A stretch of 64,000 nt of DNA, taken from positions 45,942,001-46,006,000 of the forward strand of contig OZ024744.1 in the NCBI GenBank assembly GCA_964016885.1. The letters are read 5' to 3'. Made by a program: the position numbers and the translations under genes. The notes beneath the pieces were generated by a model. The model was given only the letters and a program-made list of their open reading frames with translations, made no database searches and was not told the DNA's origin. Source of the stretch: Eledone cirrhosa (lineage: Eukaryota). Below are positions 40,332 to 52,840 of this stretch, piece by piece (the first letter of the stretch is position 1; each line of letters begins with the position of its first letter).

Positions 40332-41085
40332 TATAATAGTTTTGAGGCGGTCTGTATATATATTTATCTCTTTCTGTCTGGGAACCTCCCTAAAGTCACC
40401 TGAAATGTAGCACAGAGGAGACTGAGGTTAGCTGGACATGCTCACCGACATTCAGAGTTGACACTGCACTCAGTGTTCCTGTGGGATACACTAGAAGATG
40501 GAGACCGAGGTTGACATATATTGATGCCCTAAGGACAGACACCAGTCCCTTGAAGACACAGGATGTGGCAGCGATGATGAGGGACAGAGACCGCTGGAGA
40601 GAACTCGTTCATGGATCTCGGGAATTTTACCCGCCCTAAATATATATATATATATAAAGAATATATTCAAGGTATATATTGAGTTAGAAACTCAAAATAG
40701 TCTCTTACAATAAATTAGCTCTAGGAAAGAGATTTTTCCGAGCCGTATAATATAACTGAACAAAAAGAAAACAAACACAGACATATATGTATATGTGATC
40801 AAATCGTAAGGGACTAGATTCGCTAAGGTGAAAAGAATACTAACTATAGACAATTTCCTAGAGCTAATTTATTGTAAGAGACTATTTTGAGTTTCTAACT
40901 CAATATATGCCTTGAATATATTCGGCTCCGTTAATTCGTCGAGCTAATTCAAATGTCGAGTAAACCCGGCTGCTATTTTTAGTGGTGTGAGTTTGCGAGA
41001 CACGCTAAGTTCTGATACCATGTGCGTTATATATAAACACACTATCCAGTTTTTTTTTAGAGTTGAGCAGGATACTAATATTTCT

Positions 41086-41166
41086 TCACCCGCTGATCAG
41101 CGAGAATATGGTAGTCCTTTTCACAATTAATACTGCGAAACAGTATTATCAAAACTGTCCGGGTGA
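41086..41166 (+). ncRNA. Type I hammerhead-like motif with altered core (CUGAUCA)
   Basis: Perfect stem I tcacccg/cgggtga, CTGATCA, GAAA 41137-41140, stem III cagt/actg, GUC. Confidence 0.7.
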
Positions 41167-41842
41167 TTGGTAGTTACCGCAATTATGGTTTGTATTTATT
41201 TTCTTGATTTATTCTTAAATTAAGTCTGACAAACCCTATTGCCTATAGTTAGTATTCTTTTCACCTTAGCGAATCTAGTCCCTTACGATTTGAACACATA
41301 TATGTATATGTCTGTGTTCGTTTTCCTTTTATATATAAAGAATATTAACTCGGATATCGAGTTTTGAAACGCCAGTGTATTAGAATTTGTAAGAAAATAG
41401 AAAAACTCAGCATAAGGAAGCTGTTAAAACAGTAAAATACCATCAAAGTGGTGTTGGGTAAAACATTACCTCGAAGGACAGAAATCAGCGGCTGTGAGTT
41501 GACTTGAAGAAATAGAATGGGTACTAACGAAGATATTTATTTCTCCATTGTTACGAGCCTCCCATTCTTCGCAGTAATCTCAGATTGAAATTGCAGGTGG
41601 TCTGAGATCTGATGAGCGTACTTTATATTTGTAACCTCCTCTCACCCAGGGTGTACAAGCAGTACCATTGGTAGGGGTTGAAACTGGCAAGGTCCATCTG
41701 TACAGCTGATGAACCTGGAGTTCTGTGCCTTTCATTTGTATTTTTATTTTCAAAAAATTATTTTTTACGGTTTCCCCTTAAAAAAATAGTTTTTCGTTTT
41801 GCTGTGTTTTCATTTCTCTGGTCCTCAATTTGTTAATTTTCT

Positions 41843-42290
41843 TAAGCAGTGGTACCCGGCGTTTCACAGGATAAGGTATTTTGGAAAAACTGCATGCCTG
41901 GACAATATGTAAAGAAAATAAACCGAATACTCTGATGGCTGGATAATCTTTAAGATTTTCCTCGAAGTTTTTCACCTAATGCGGACCCTAGGCCATAAAA
42001 AAGTTGGATTTTCTTTGCTCACGGTATGAAGAAGAGACTGACTAATACATAGTTACAATTTCAAGGAAATCAGTCTGGGGTAACACTCCAAAAAACTCTA
42101 AAGAGCTGAAAAAACGCTGTTTTTCACCTATTGGGGGCTCTAGGGGTTGAAAAAGTTGAATTTTTTAATGTGCATAACACTCCTGAAATATAAGTATTAC
42201 ACATGTAAAGTTTGAAAAAAATCGGTTGGGTACTTCTCGAATTTTAGGGATTCAAACTCACACACATACATCCTCAGTTTTATATATATA
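41843..42290 (-). mobile_element. Helitron-like non-autonomous element (degenerate)
   Basis: Reverse complement begins tatataaaactgaggatgtatgtgtg and ends ...aacgccgggtaccactgct. Confidence 0.5.
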
Positions 42291-42306
42291 TATATATATA
42301 TATATG

Positions 42307-42684
42307 AATGTAGGTATTGTATATTTAATAATATACTGTATGTTTATCCAAAATCATTTTGAAGGCCTTGCGCTATAAATTTAAGATATTGACAGACGTC
42401 ACATACCTAGCTTCAGGCAACCTGTATGTTAATGAGTTTAAACAGCGCATAAACATAATTGGAATTCTATAAGAATCCACCTTATACAGCTCACAGCAAA
42501 AATAGGGGATATATAACCTTGATAACCATTAAAAAGTGAGAAACAATCGTTGGTTATTTCCCTTTGGTTTTGCTGAAGCCAGGTGTGTGACTATAGTTAC
42601 TGCCTTAACCTCATAGCAAAAGGCCTTCAAAGTGTTTTTAACTAAACATACAGTATATTATTAAATATACAATACGTACATTTA
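42307..42684. repeat. Foldback/MITE-like inverted repeat
   Basis: tgtaggtattgtatatttaataatatactgtatgttta versus taaacatacagtatattattaaatatacaatacgtaca, with further internal complementarity. Confidence 0.65.
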
Positions 42685-43276
42685 TATATATGTCGCTATC
42701 TTAAAGCACCAATAGAAATATATATGTGTGTATATATACATATATATATAAAGGAAGGTTTGTCATGTCTTCATTACGTTTATTGAGCAGTGAAGCACGT
42801 TTTGCTATCGATCAGCTCAAGGTTCGATCTAGCCTGACTCTAAAATCAATAGCTCATCAGACTTCTGTTGTGGTAATAATGTTACAATCCCTAGAAATCA
42901 TCATCTTCATCGATTAATGTCTATCTTCCACGCTAGCATGGGTTGGACGGGTTTGTCCAATTTAGAGGCAAGTTTCGCGCTCATATAGATAGAGAGAGAA
43001 AGAGAAGGAGAAGAGTAGACAGACAGACAATGACAAACAGGAAGAATCAACCCCAGTATTTCACTGGTATTTCATTTATGGACCTCAAAATATATAAACA
43101 GCTTCACCTCAGTGGGATCTGTACTGAGAGAGCTAGAACAGACACTGAAAATATATCCAGATGTGCACACATGTATATAAGAACACATATATAAATATAC
43201 AGATACATACACACAGATGCACATAATTATACACACGTACATATACATATACAATCATATTCATGGACAGAAATTT

Positions 43277-43336
<60 letters not shown>

Positions 43337-43713
43337 TAAAATAACAGATTAAAGTTTAAGCAAAGAATCGCTGCTTTCACCATTAACGGGATCTTCTGAA
43401 ACTAACAAAGTCAATCTGTGAACGCAGATGTGAATATTTCAAAAAACGTTGCAACCGGAGGAAGACAGGAAGACGATACTTTGGTTCGTGGAAACGTCCC
43501 CTATACAAATAAGTAATGGTATAAACATAACATATACTTAGCTACCACATCAAAACATTAAATATCCGCGTCAGTTCGTACTATCCGTTAAGGTATAAAG
43601 TGGGGCTGTAATACAGGAAAGTTTTGTGCAATTTATGTTTACAAGCCGAAATTTCCTCAGATTTTTTGTTTAAGATGTGGTCTTTGGATTTTAATCTTCA
43701 AATTTATTATTAT

Positions 43714-43747
<34 letters not shown>

Positions 43748-43924
43748 TTGGGGAGGGTCATATTGTTGTAATAATATTGCCAGAATTAATAACAGAACAC
43801 ACTCACTCTTTGGTTGGTTTTCGCTTCTGTATATTTTATATCTCCATAGTTAATTCATTTGGCCATCAATGTTTATCATTGACTGACCAACGGTCAAAAA
43901 CACAGATATAAATACATATATATA

Positions 43925-45080
43925 GTCTAACAAAGTTCTTTCGTTGCACATCTGCAACATCATCAGTGGTACTATTATCATGTTTCCCCTGCTGTATTGT
44001 ATGTATTGTAGTTTCTACGCCATTTTAATTTTATCTATTTATTTATTTTTGTCTTCTTCTCTGCGCATGCGTGTGTGTTCATGTTTTAGTTATTGTATTC
44101 TATCTTAGTTTACTAGTGTGTGTTTATATGTGTTTGGTGTATGTATTTATTTATTTATGTGTTTGGTGTATGTATTTATTTATTTATGTGTTTGGTGTAT
44201 GTATTTATTTATTTATTTATATTTTTCTTAAGTCAGTATTGTTTGTTTGGGTGTTGTTGTTATTCCATTCATTTTTTTCTGTTTAGCTTTGGCTTTCTAA
44301 GCTCTATTTCGCTTGCTTCTCTGATTTGCCTACCTGTTGGGTCATTTCTATGTTTAGATATTATTTTAATTTCTATGTTTTCTATGTTACCGTCATGTTG
44401 TTGTCTGGCATGTTCGTATAGTACTGGACCGATTTTTCGTCCTTTTAATTCCCCCCGGTGTTGGTCTATTCTTTCTCCTATACTTTGAGCTGTCTCACCT
44501 ATGTATGTCGTTGTCATGTTTCTGCAAGTACCCTCTGTACATCTTATGCTATAGACTACATTTCTGGTTTTACAGTTTATCGGGGGGTTTACTTTACATA
44601 TAACACATTTCTTATTAGTACAGTGGGTTTTCTTAAAAAGGTATGTTTTGCTGATCGGGGATTTTCTGGTAGTTCCTGGCTTTTCTACTACTTTAATCTT
44701 TAAGTGGGTCTTCCTTAAGGCCTTTCTACATTGGTTAGCTAATTTCCCTCCAGAGGTAACATCTACGAAGATGACACTCTGGTATCTCTGGTTGTTGTAC
44801 CATGAGGTGGCTTTCCCTATCTTATGTTTAGTCCTATCTAAGCTATTCCATGATTTGCTCCTGTATAATGGGCAAATTCCTTTCATGTCCAGTTCTATGA
44901 GGGTTTTATACTTCTCCGTGGCTCCTTTGGATACTCTGATTCTGTCTCTTTGGTTGTAGTCAGAGAACTGCATGCGGTTGATGAAGTTTTGGATGCGTCT
45001 TTCCATTTCTGTTGGGTCACACATGCGGGACACGTTCTTCATCACTCGTACCAAGTCTGCGATCAGAATATTAAACTTAG
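43925..45080 (-). mobile_element. Penelope-like element 3' half (thumb, linker, GIY-YIG endonuclease, pLTR)
   Basis: ORF 44269-45054: CTNKKCVIC, VVYSIRC, YIGETAQSIGERIDQH, RQIREASEI. Confidence 0.88.
43928..43971 (-). ncRNA. Minimal hammerhead motif at the Penelope 3' pLTR
   Basis: Reverse complement: tacca CTGATGA t gttgca-gatg-tgcaac GAAA gaactt tgtta. Confidence 0.6.
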
Positions 45081-45358
45081 TGTTGTATTCCTCTCGGTAC
45101 TCGTAGAGAAAACACGAGTTATATCAAATAATTTGTGTATTGTACGAAACAACCAAAACGCCCCTCCTCACAGTAGCAGAATAACATAAAGTGAGTGCCA
45201 GCAGCAGTCTGTGACCGAGTTTTTAATACCAACGCTGACTGACTGCCCAGGTCACGTGATTCAGATGCAAATGTGTGAGCACGTGTAAATTGAATAAAAC
45301 GAATTTAACAGTCCATACAACAATGAGGTTGTGAGTTCGATTCCCAGTCCATACAACA
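45081..45358 (-). repeat. Gypsy LTR (3' LTR)
   Basis: TGTTGTA...TACAACA termini, adjacent PPT (ggtggggagg on minus), matches 49853-50134. Confidence 0.93.
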
Positions 45359-45441
45359 CCTCCCCACCGAAATTGATGCGACAAAAGAAGCATCAACAGC
45401 AAAGTCTCTCCGGGGGGTTTACGAGTTCTCTTGGACCGTCT

Positions 45442-48400
45442 TCAATTGTCTGGTCCATACTCTGGAACGGGTAATAAGGTCTTGGGTCTGGTCTGTCTTG
45501 GAGTTAGTGGCACGATTTCCGAGATCTCCATCGGGTGATCTGTTGCAAATTCAAAAACAGTGTCTACTGCATCACCAGGTTCATTGTCTTCCTCAGTAGT
45601 GTACCGCGGTTGCAGCTGTTCCCAGTGTCGTCTCCACACCGGGCCATGAGGTATGACCTTAACGTTGAAGCAGCGAGTACCCAATGACTTCTTAATGATT
45701 GCTGGTACCCATCGGGGATCTTTGTCTCGGCGAGGTCCGTAGTACAGTGCATACACAGGATCTCCAGCCTTGTACTGCCTGGTAACCTTAGCGACACCTG
45801 CCGAGTCCGGAGACATCTGAGACTTATATGCTTCCTTAGACTGCTTGCTTTGAGCGATGTGTGCTGGCGAGGGCAGCAGAGAATCAATCCTTGTCCGTAT
45901 CTGCCGGTGATTCAAAAGTTCACTCGGAGAGAATCCACTGGATGTCGGTGTTCTCCGGAACTGCATCAAGAACTCTTGAAGTGCTCGCTTCGGCGGAAGA
46001 GAAGTCTTCCTCAGAGCTTGTTTGAAGGTCTGCACCAAACGTTCCGCTGCTCCGTTGGTAGCTGGGTGGTAAGGTGCCCCTGTCAGGTGCGTGATCCCAC
46101 GTTCTTTGCACCAGCTCTGGAACTCCTCAGAAATAAAAGTTGGTGCGTTATCGGTGACTAGCGTGTGAGGAAATCCGAAGTGTGGAAAGTCTTCTTCAAG
46201 CAGATCTAAAGTGGCTCTGGAGGACGCGGATGGCGTAGGATGAATGCATGGATAACTTGGAATAAGCATCCGTGATCACCAACCAATTACTGCCCATGGA
46301 ATTTATTGCGTGGTCCAGGTGTAAGCGACTCCACGACTTTTCAGGTAACATCCATAGGTGAACTGGAGACTTGGATGGCTGGTTTTGATGTTCACCACAC
46401 GAATCACATTGTCGACTGGTTTTCTCTATAGCAGCATCGATACCAGGCCAATAAACAGCAGTCCTTGTCAATTGTTTCATGCGCTCCATGCCAAAGTGTC
46501 CGAGATGCAGAAGATTGAGGATCTTTGGCTGTAAGCTATGTGGAATCACAACTCTCGATCCATGGATAAGGCATCCGTGGCAGATACTGAGTGAATCCGA
46601 TAACTTCCGGAACTTATTGACTTCGTCATTGATCTCAGTATTCTTTGGTGGCCAGCCTTCACGGACGTAGCGTATCACTGTAGATATCACTGGATCTTTC
46701 CCTGACTCTTGACGGAGGACGTTAGCATCGATAGGTTGGACTTGAAGACTGAGAGCTTTGATGGCGCACACCATGTCCATGTCTTCACCATTTTCCTTCC
46801 TGTCAAAGTCGATGTCATTACCAAATGGCAAGCGACTGAGGGCATCTGCATTGCCATGATCCGCTGTTTTCCGATATTCGATGGTGTAGTCAAACTGGTT
46901 CAGCCACAGGGCCCACCGTGCTAGTCGGTTAGCAGCGAGAAGTGGCGTCCCTTTCCTCGGACTGAACAGTGATGTCAGTGGCTTGTGGTCAGTTACGAGT
47001 ATAAACTGATGTCCGTACAGATACTGATAGAACTTCTGCAAGCCAAATATGATGGCCAGGGCTTCCTTTTGAATTTGGCCGTAGTTACGCTGTGCAGAAG
47101 TAAGAGTCTTGGACACATTGGATATTGGGCGCTCGCTTCCATCAGGATAGCGATGAAACAGGACTGCTCCAATACCAACGTTTGACGCGTCGCAAGCCAG
47201 TCCCAAAGTTTTGTTTGGATCGAAGTGTATCAGAACTCGATCCGATGAAAGCACATTTTTCGACTGATCAAAAGCTGACTGTTCTTCATCTCCCCACTTC
47301 CAAGTAGTCGTTTTTTTCGTAAGGCAATAGAGTGGCTCTGCCATGCTGGCCAGGTTTGGGATAAACTTTCCATAGAACTGAACTGAACCCAGGAAAGACT
47401 TCAAGCTTGAGACGTTCGTTGGAGGTGGCATCTTTAAAACTGCTTCGACCTTGGATCCCTTCGCGATCCCTTCAGCCGACAAGGTGTGTCCAAGGTATTC
47501 CACACTGGGTAGTGCAAACTGGCACTTGTCACGGTGACATCTGAGTCCTTTGTCGCACAGACGTGTGAGCAGACATTTTAGGTTGTTCAGGTGATCGTTT
47601 GCATCTTTCCCACTGATGAGCATGTCGTCCTGGAAGACGGCCACACCAGGTAGATCTTGAGTCAGATCTTCCATGATCTTCTGAAAGTAACCAGGTGCTG
47701 ACTTGATTCCGAAAGGGAGTCGTTCCTGCAGGAGCACCCCACGGTGAGTCGTGAGTGCAAGCCTGCATTGACTTTCTAGTGCCAGCTTGATCTGATTATA
47801 GGCATCAGCAAGATCAATCTTTGTGTATCCGAATCCACCTCCGAGCTTCTGCATCAGTTCCTCTGGGAGTGGCATTGGATGACGATGATCTGCAAGTTGG
47901 TCATTAATTCCCACAGAGTAGTCACCACAAATCCGTAGTTTGGGCTTCAGGTTGCCTGAAGTATGTGCTTTACGAATCTGTACCACTGGCGTTCCGTATT
48001 CGTTGAACTGTACTCGCTTCCAGATTCCTTTGGCGATGCCTTCTTCGTAATCTTTGGCCAGGTCATCACGAAGAGCAAACGGGACCGGGCGTGCCTTGTG
48101 AAAGACCGGTGTCGCGTCCGACTTGAACTTCACTTCCAGTTCGAAGTCATTAAGACATCCCAATTCTTGCTTGAAGAGATCTGGGAATTCATCACACATG
48201 TTGTGACAATCTCGTTGCATGGAAATATAGGGCTCATTTGAGGTCTTTGGATGCATCACTTCTGCACCCTCACTCTTGGCCTGGCTGTCTATGCTTTTCA
48301 ATCCTAGAGCATTGTCCACGGAAATTCCCAGAGTCTGGATAGCGTTTCGTCCCAGCAAATTAAGATCAGGGATCTTGGTGACGATGTAGGGTATTGAATT

Positions 48401-49635
48401 CCGTTTACCGGTCGTTGGATCCTTGGTTTGGCCCATGAAAGTTCCCAGAACGGGCAGGTCGTGCTTGCTGGCAGATTCAAACCGATGTTTGACATCTTGC
48501 AGCTTCGGTTTTCCTAATTGTTTCCAAACTGACAAGGAAACAAAATTGCCTGTAGTAGCTGTGTCCAATTCCATTGTGAAAAGTCTGTTCTGGATTGTTA
48601 TTGGCACATTCAAACTATGAGTATCGTGGGGAACTTCACCAAGGATTGCCTTGACTAGCTCAGCTTTCGTGATTCTTTTCACGTAATTCTGTGAGCGATG
48701 ATTACGTTGCTGATGTTGTTTCTTTCTACACACCGCTTGCAAATGTCCCTTTTTGTCACAAAAATGACATTTGGCTTCTTTGAAGGGGCAGTCTGTCGCT
48801 TTGTGGGCCTTTGCACATCGGTAGCACACCTCCTGGTCTGTGGAATAAGACTGCTGATGGTTCTTTCGAGGACCCTTGTTCTTATTCTGCTGGACCTTGT
48901 AGACTTGCTTGGTTTGGGAACCGTAAACAGTTTCCTTGGCAACCTTTGCTGCGTCTTCGGTCCCGATGGCAACTTGGACAGCACGGGCGAAATCTTGTTC
49001 TGTATCCTATTTCTTGAAAATAGCCTTCAACACAGATTCATTATTGACAGAACATATAAATCTCTGTCTTAGAGCTTCATCTTGTGGATTTGTGATCGAA
49101 GGAAAATCACAGGTAGCTGCATCCTGACGTATAGTGCTGCCAGCTCCTGGAGAGTTTCGCCTGGCTTCCGTTGCATGTCACTCCAGAACTTGAAACGTTC
49201 TCTCACAATGAAAAGTTTTGGGTCGAACTGTTCTTTCATGAAGTCAACAATTTCGTCCATTGTCAACTTGTTGATATCCTTAGGCGGATTTTGTTGAGCA
49301 GCCAGATTTTCAAGTTGTTTGTAGATAGCAGCCGTCTGATTAGTCAGGAACACTTGTGCCATGCGTTGCTCGGGTACAGCGTTAGCAGCCACAAACGTGC
49401 AGAATCTTGACCAGTAATCAGGCCATAGTTCTGTTGTTGAATCAAAAGCAGCAAATGGTGGGATGAATGCTGTTGGTGTCGAAGCAACTGGCGACGCCAA
49501 CAAACTCTGTTGTTCAGAATCTCGAGCACCAAACAGTTTTATCAGGGTGTCCATATCTTTCTTGTGTTGTTGTATTTGTTGTTCCATCTGTTCTCTAAAC
49601 AACTTTATTAGCTCCGCTGTTTGTTGTTCCGGCAT
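45442..49635 (-). pseudogene. Gypsy gag-pol (two zinc knuckles, protease, RT, RNase H, integrase), frameshifted
   Basis: CYRC..H..C and CHFC..GH..C, LDTATTG, FQDD, CDAS, IQKEALA, H-H-C-C, VTDNAP, NGAAER. Confidence 0.9.
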
Positions 49636-49657
49636 GTTTTTATGATAAACAATTTCC

Positions 49658-49844
49658 CGGCAATGTAGATAAATCCTATCGGCAATGTAGGTAAATCCTA
49701 TCGCCAATGTAGGTAAATCCTATCGGCAATGTAGGTAAATCCTATCGGCAATGTAGGTAAATACTATCGGCAATGTAGGTAAATCCTATCGGCAATGTAG
49801 GTAAATCCTATCGGCAATGTAGGTAAATCCTATCGGCAACGCCA
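49658..49844 (-). repeat. PBS (49827-49844) plus about 8 tandem 22-bp PBS-derived repeats
   Basis: Minus strand TGGCGTTGCCGATAGGAT 8 nt from the LTR, then (ttacctacattgccgataggat)n. Confidence 0.85.
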
Positions 49845-49852
49845 ATAAACTC

Positions 49853-50134
49853 TGTTGTATTCCTCTCGGTACTCGCAGAGAAAACATGAGTTATATCAAA
49901 TAATTTGTGTATTGTACGAAACAACCAAAACACCCCTCCTCACAGTAGCAGAATAACATAAAGTAAGTGAGTGCCAGCAGCAGTCTGTGACCGAGTTTTT
50001 AATACCAACGCTGACTGACTGCCCAGGTCACGTGATTCAGATGCAAATGTGTGAGCACATGTAAATTGAATAAAACGAATTTAACAGTCCATACAACAAT
50101 GAGATTGTGAGTTCGATTCCCAGTCCATACAACA
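49853..50134 (-). repeat. Gypsy LTR (shared central LTR)
   Basis: Near-identical to 45081-45358 with a 4-bp indel; PBS on one side and PPT on the other. Confidence 0.93.
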
Positions 50135-50341
50135 CCTCCCCACCGAAATTGATGCGACAAAAGTAGCATCAAAAGCAAAGTCTCTCTGGGGGTTTACGAG
50201 TTCTCTTGGACCGTCTTCGATTGTTTGGTCCATACTCTGGAACGGGTAATAAGGTCTTGGGTCTGGTCTGTCTTGGAGTTAGTAGCACGATTTCCGAGAT
50301 CTGCATCGGGTGATCTGTTGTAAATTCAAAAACAGTGTCTA

Positions 50342-50740
50342 TGTTGGTCCCACAACATCCAGGCCGAAACAAATGAGATCGTGTAGGTGTCACGACAAAA
50401 AAACACACAGTCCACGCTGTAAATGTGGCCGTGTAGGCAACACGGTAAAAACCTCCCAGCCCCACACTGTAAATGTGGTTGGTGTTAGGAAGGGCATCCA
50501 ACTGTAGAAAACCCGCCAGACAGTCCACGCTGTAATGTGGCCGTGTAGGCAACACGGTAAAAACCTCCCAGCCCCACACTGTAAATGTGGTTGGTGTTAG
50601 GAAGGGCATCCAACTGTAGAAAACCCGCCAGACAGTCCTATGCGAGCAAGACAACCACTCTTGCCTCAAGTGGGAAAACCCCCGTCCAAACCCATGCAAG
50701 CGTGGAACACGGACGCTAAACCTGATGATGATGATGATGA
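50342..50740 (+). mobile_element. RTE 3'-UTR-only insertion (subfamily C)
   Basis: TSD TGTCTA at 50336-50341 and 50741-50746, (TGA)n tail, matches 60944-61240. Confidence 0.9.
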
Positions 50741-51320
50741 TGTCTACTGCATCACCAGGTTCATTGTCTTCCTCAGTAGTGTACCGCGGTTGCAGCTGTT
50801 CCCAGTGTCGTCTCAACTCCGGGCCATGAGGTATGACCTTAACGTTGAAGCAGCGAGTACCCAATGACTTCTTAATGATTGCTGGTACCCATCGGGGATC
50901 TTTGTCTCGGCGAGGTCCGTAGTACAGTGCATACACAGGATCTCCAGCCTTGTACTGCCTGGTAACCTTAGCGACACCTGCCGAGTCCGGAGTCATCTGA
51001 GACTCATATGCTTCCTTAGACTGCTTGCCTTGAGCGATGTGTGCTGGCGAGGGCAGCAGAGAATCAATCCTTGTCCGTATCTGCCGGTGATTCAAAAGTT
51101 CACTCGGAGAGAATCCAGTGGATGTCGGTGTTCTCCGGTACTGCATCAAGAACTCTTGAAGTGCTCGCTTCGGCAGAAGAGAAGTCTTCCTCAGAACTTG
51201 TTTGAAGGTCTGCACCAAACGTTCCGCTGCTCCGTTGGTAGCTGTGTGGTAAGGTGCCCCTGTCAGGTGCGTGATCCCATGTTCTTTGCACCAGCTCTGG
51301 AACTCCCCAGAAATAAAACA

Positions 51321-52840
51321 TTAGCACTACTGGACATTGCTGAGTTTTTGAGTATCAGGTATTTGGAGGCCATGGGTTTAGCATAGTGTGAGTGGAGAAT
51401 TTGGGCTCTCTCGTCTATAGTGTTAATCCAGAGTTCCGTGTCTAATACAAGTAGTCTATTGTTAGGGTGTTTGGAAGGGTAGTCAATGGTTACAGTTATA
51501 CTCTGGTGTATGGAGTTAGCTATCTGCTGGATGCTTTCCATTGTGCTATCTTCTAATTTATGTTTATTAGTATTTTCTTGTGGGGGTGTTCTTATTACTA
51601 TATTAATATCGTCTACGTAACGAGAGTACATGATGAGGTCTTTGGAGCTCTCTTCAAGATCTTTGAGTCTCCTTTCCCATCATACCATAAAAAGGTTGGC
51701 AACATCACCAGCTATGCTGATGCCAATGGCTGATCCCTCATTTTGGGTGTAGATCTTTTTATTGAATTTGAATATGTGGGCATTTAGGGTAGTTTTAATA
51801 CTAGCCCCTATTACATGCGCGACCATTTTTCTCACTGGATCATTGTTTTCAGGTTTCCGTATGGCTTTGGTCCACCCAATCCACTTTCCCATGGAAGTCA
51901 ATTTGCCATTGAGGTTATGGTGGGGGGTCTACCTCATATGGGTCTACTGGGGCAGAAACGGCTAACGTCATGGCTGTCTAGTTACTCGGTGTCATAAGAA
52001 AATCTAAATAGGAGGCCCAGTTTATCTGTGTCGATGTTGCAGAACTCCACCTCACTCTCACTGATTATCTCCACACATTTTTCCACAGCAAAATCAATGT
52101 TAATGGATGGTTATAGTGATACCACATCCATACTGCCTATTATGCAGTTAGATAGGTTTTTGTTTTTGTTGCACTCATTGATTCTGCTGAGGAGGTCCTC
52201 TGTACTGTCACATACATCTGGGGACATCTTCATTATGGGGCGTATAACCATTAATGGGAAGTAGGAGATCCTGTAGTTGCTAGCGATATTGGCTATTGTT
52301 GGTGGTCCTGTCGTTGGGTCGTCGGCTGTCTTATGGTCTTTGCGGAGTCCATACAAGTGTGGTATGTCATTGTTAGATGCCTGGAAGTTGTTGGCAGTGC
52401 GTTTGCTTGGCTTTAGGATGTCGGTCCACATCATCATGTGAGCGTTGAGGATCTTCTCTCTCCCCTCATGTGTTTGTTGAGTAGTTTCGCTTGTGTTGGT
52501 GATGTGGGGTTGCATAGCCTCGATATAGTTCCGCATAGCCTCGATATAGTTCCGCATGCTATCGACATCCTACCAGATTTATCTGTGGGTAGACACACTA
52601 CCCCACCATGCCTTGAGCGTTACTTGAGGCTAACCAAGCCTTCTACAGGTTTCCTTCCAAGTTTTTGGACCTCTGGTCTGATTTGTATCTTAGTATATCG
52701 GTCTACTATTTGTCTAATTTTATTTATTGCTATGGTGAACTGTACTTCTGTCTCGTCATCTATTTTTTGTGGTACATAAACCCTTTTATTAAAAGGTAAC
52801 TTAGTGGGATACATTTTACTCATCTCATATATTGTCAGCT
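51321..52840 (-). mobile_element. Penelope-like element 5' half (RT), degenerate
   Basis: LYGLRKDHK, SMDVVSL, QNEGSAIG, YSRYVDD; joins seamlessly to 45080 when the Gypsy insertion is removed. Confidence 0.88.

Larger units (their letters stand above)
45081..51320 (-). mobile_element. Ty3/Gypsy (Mag-like) LTR retrotransposon in tandem LTR-int-LTR-int(partial) arrangement
   Basis: Two LTRs, gag-pol, second integrase end at 50135-51318, TTAG on both sides (45077-45080, 51321-51324). Confidence 0.9.
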
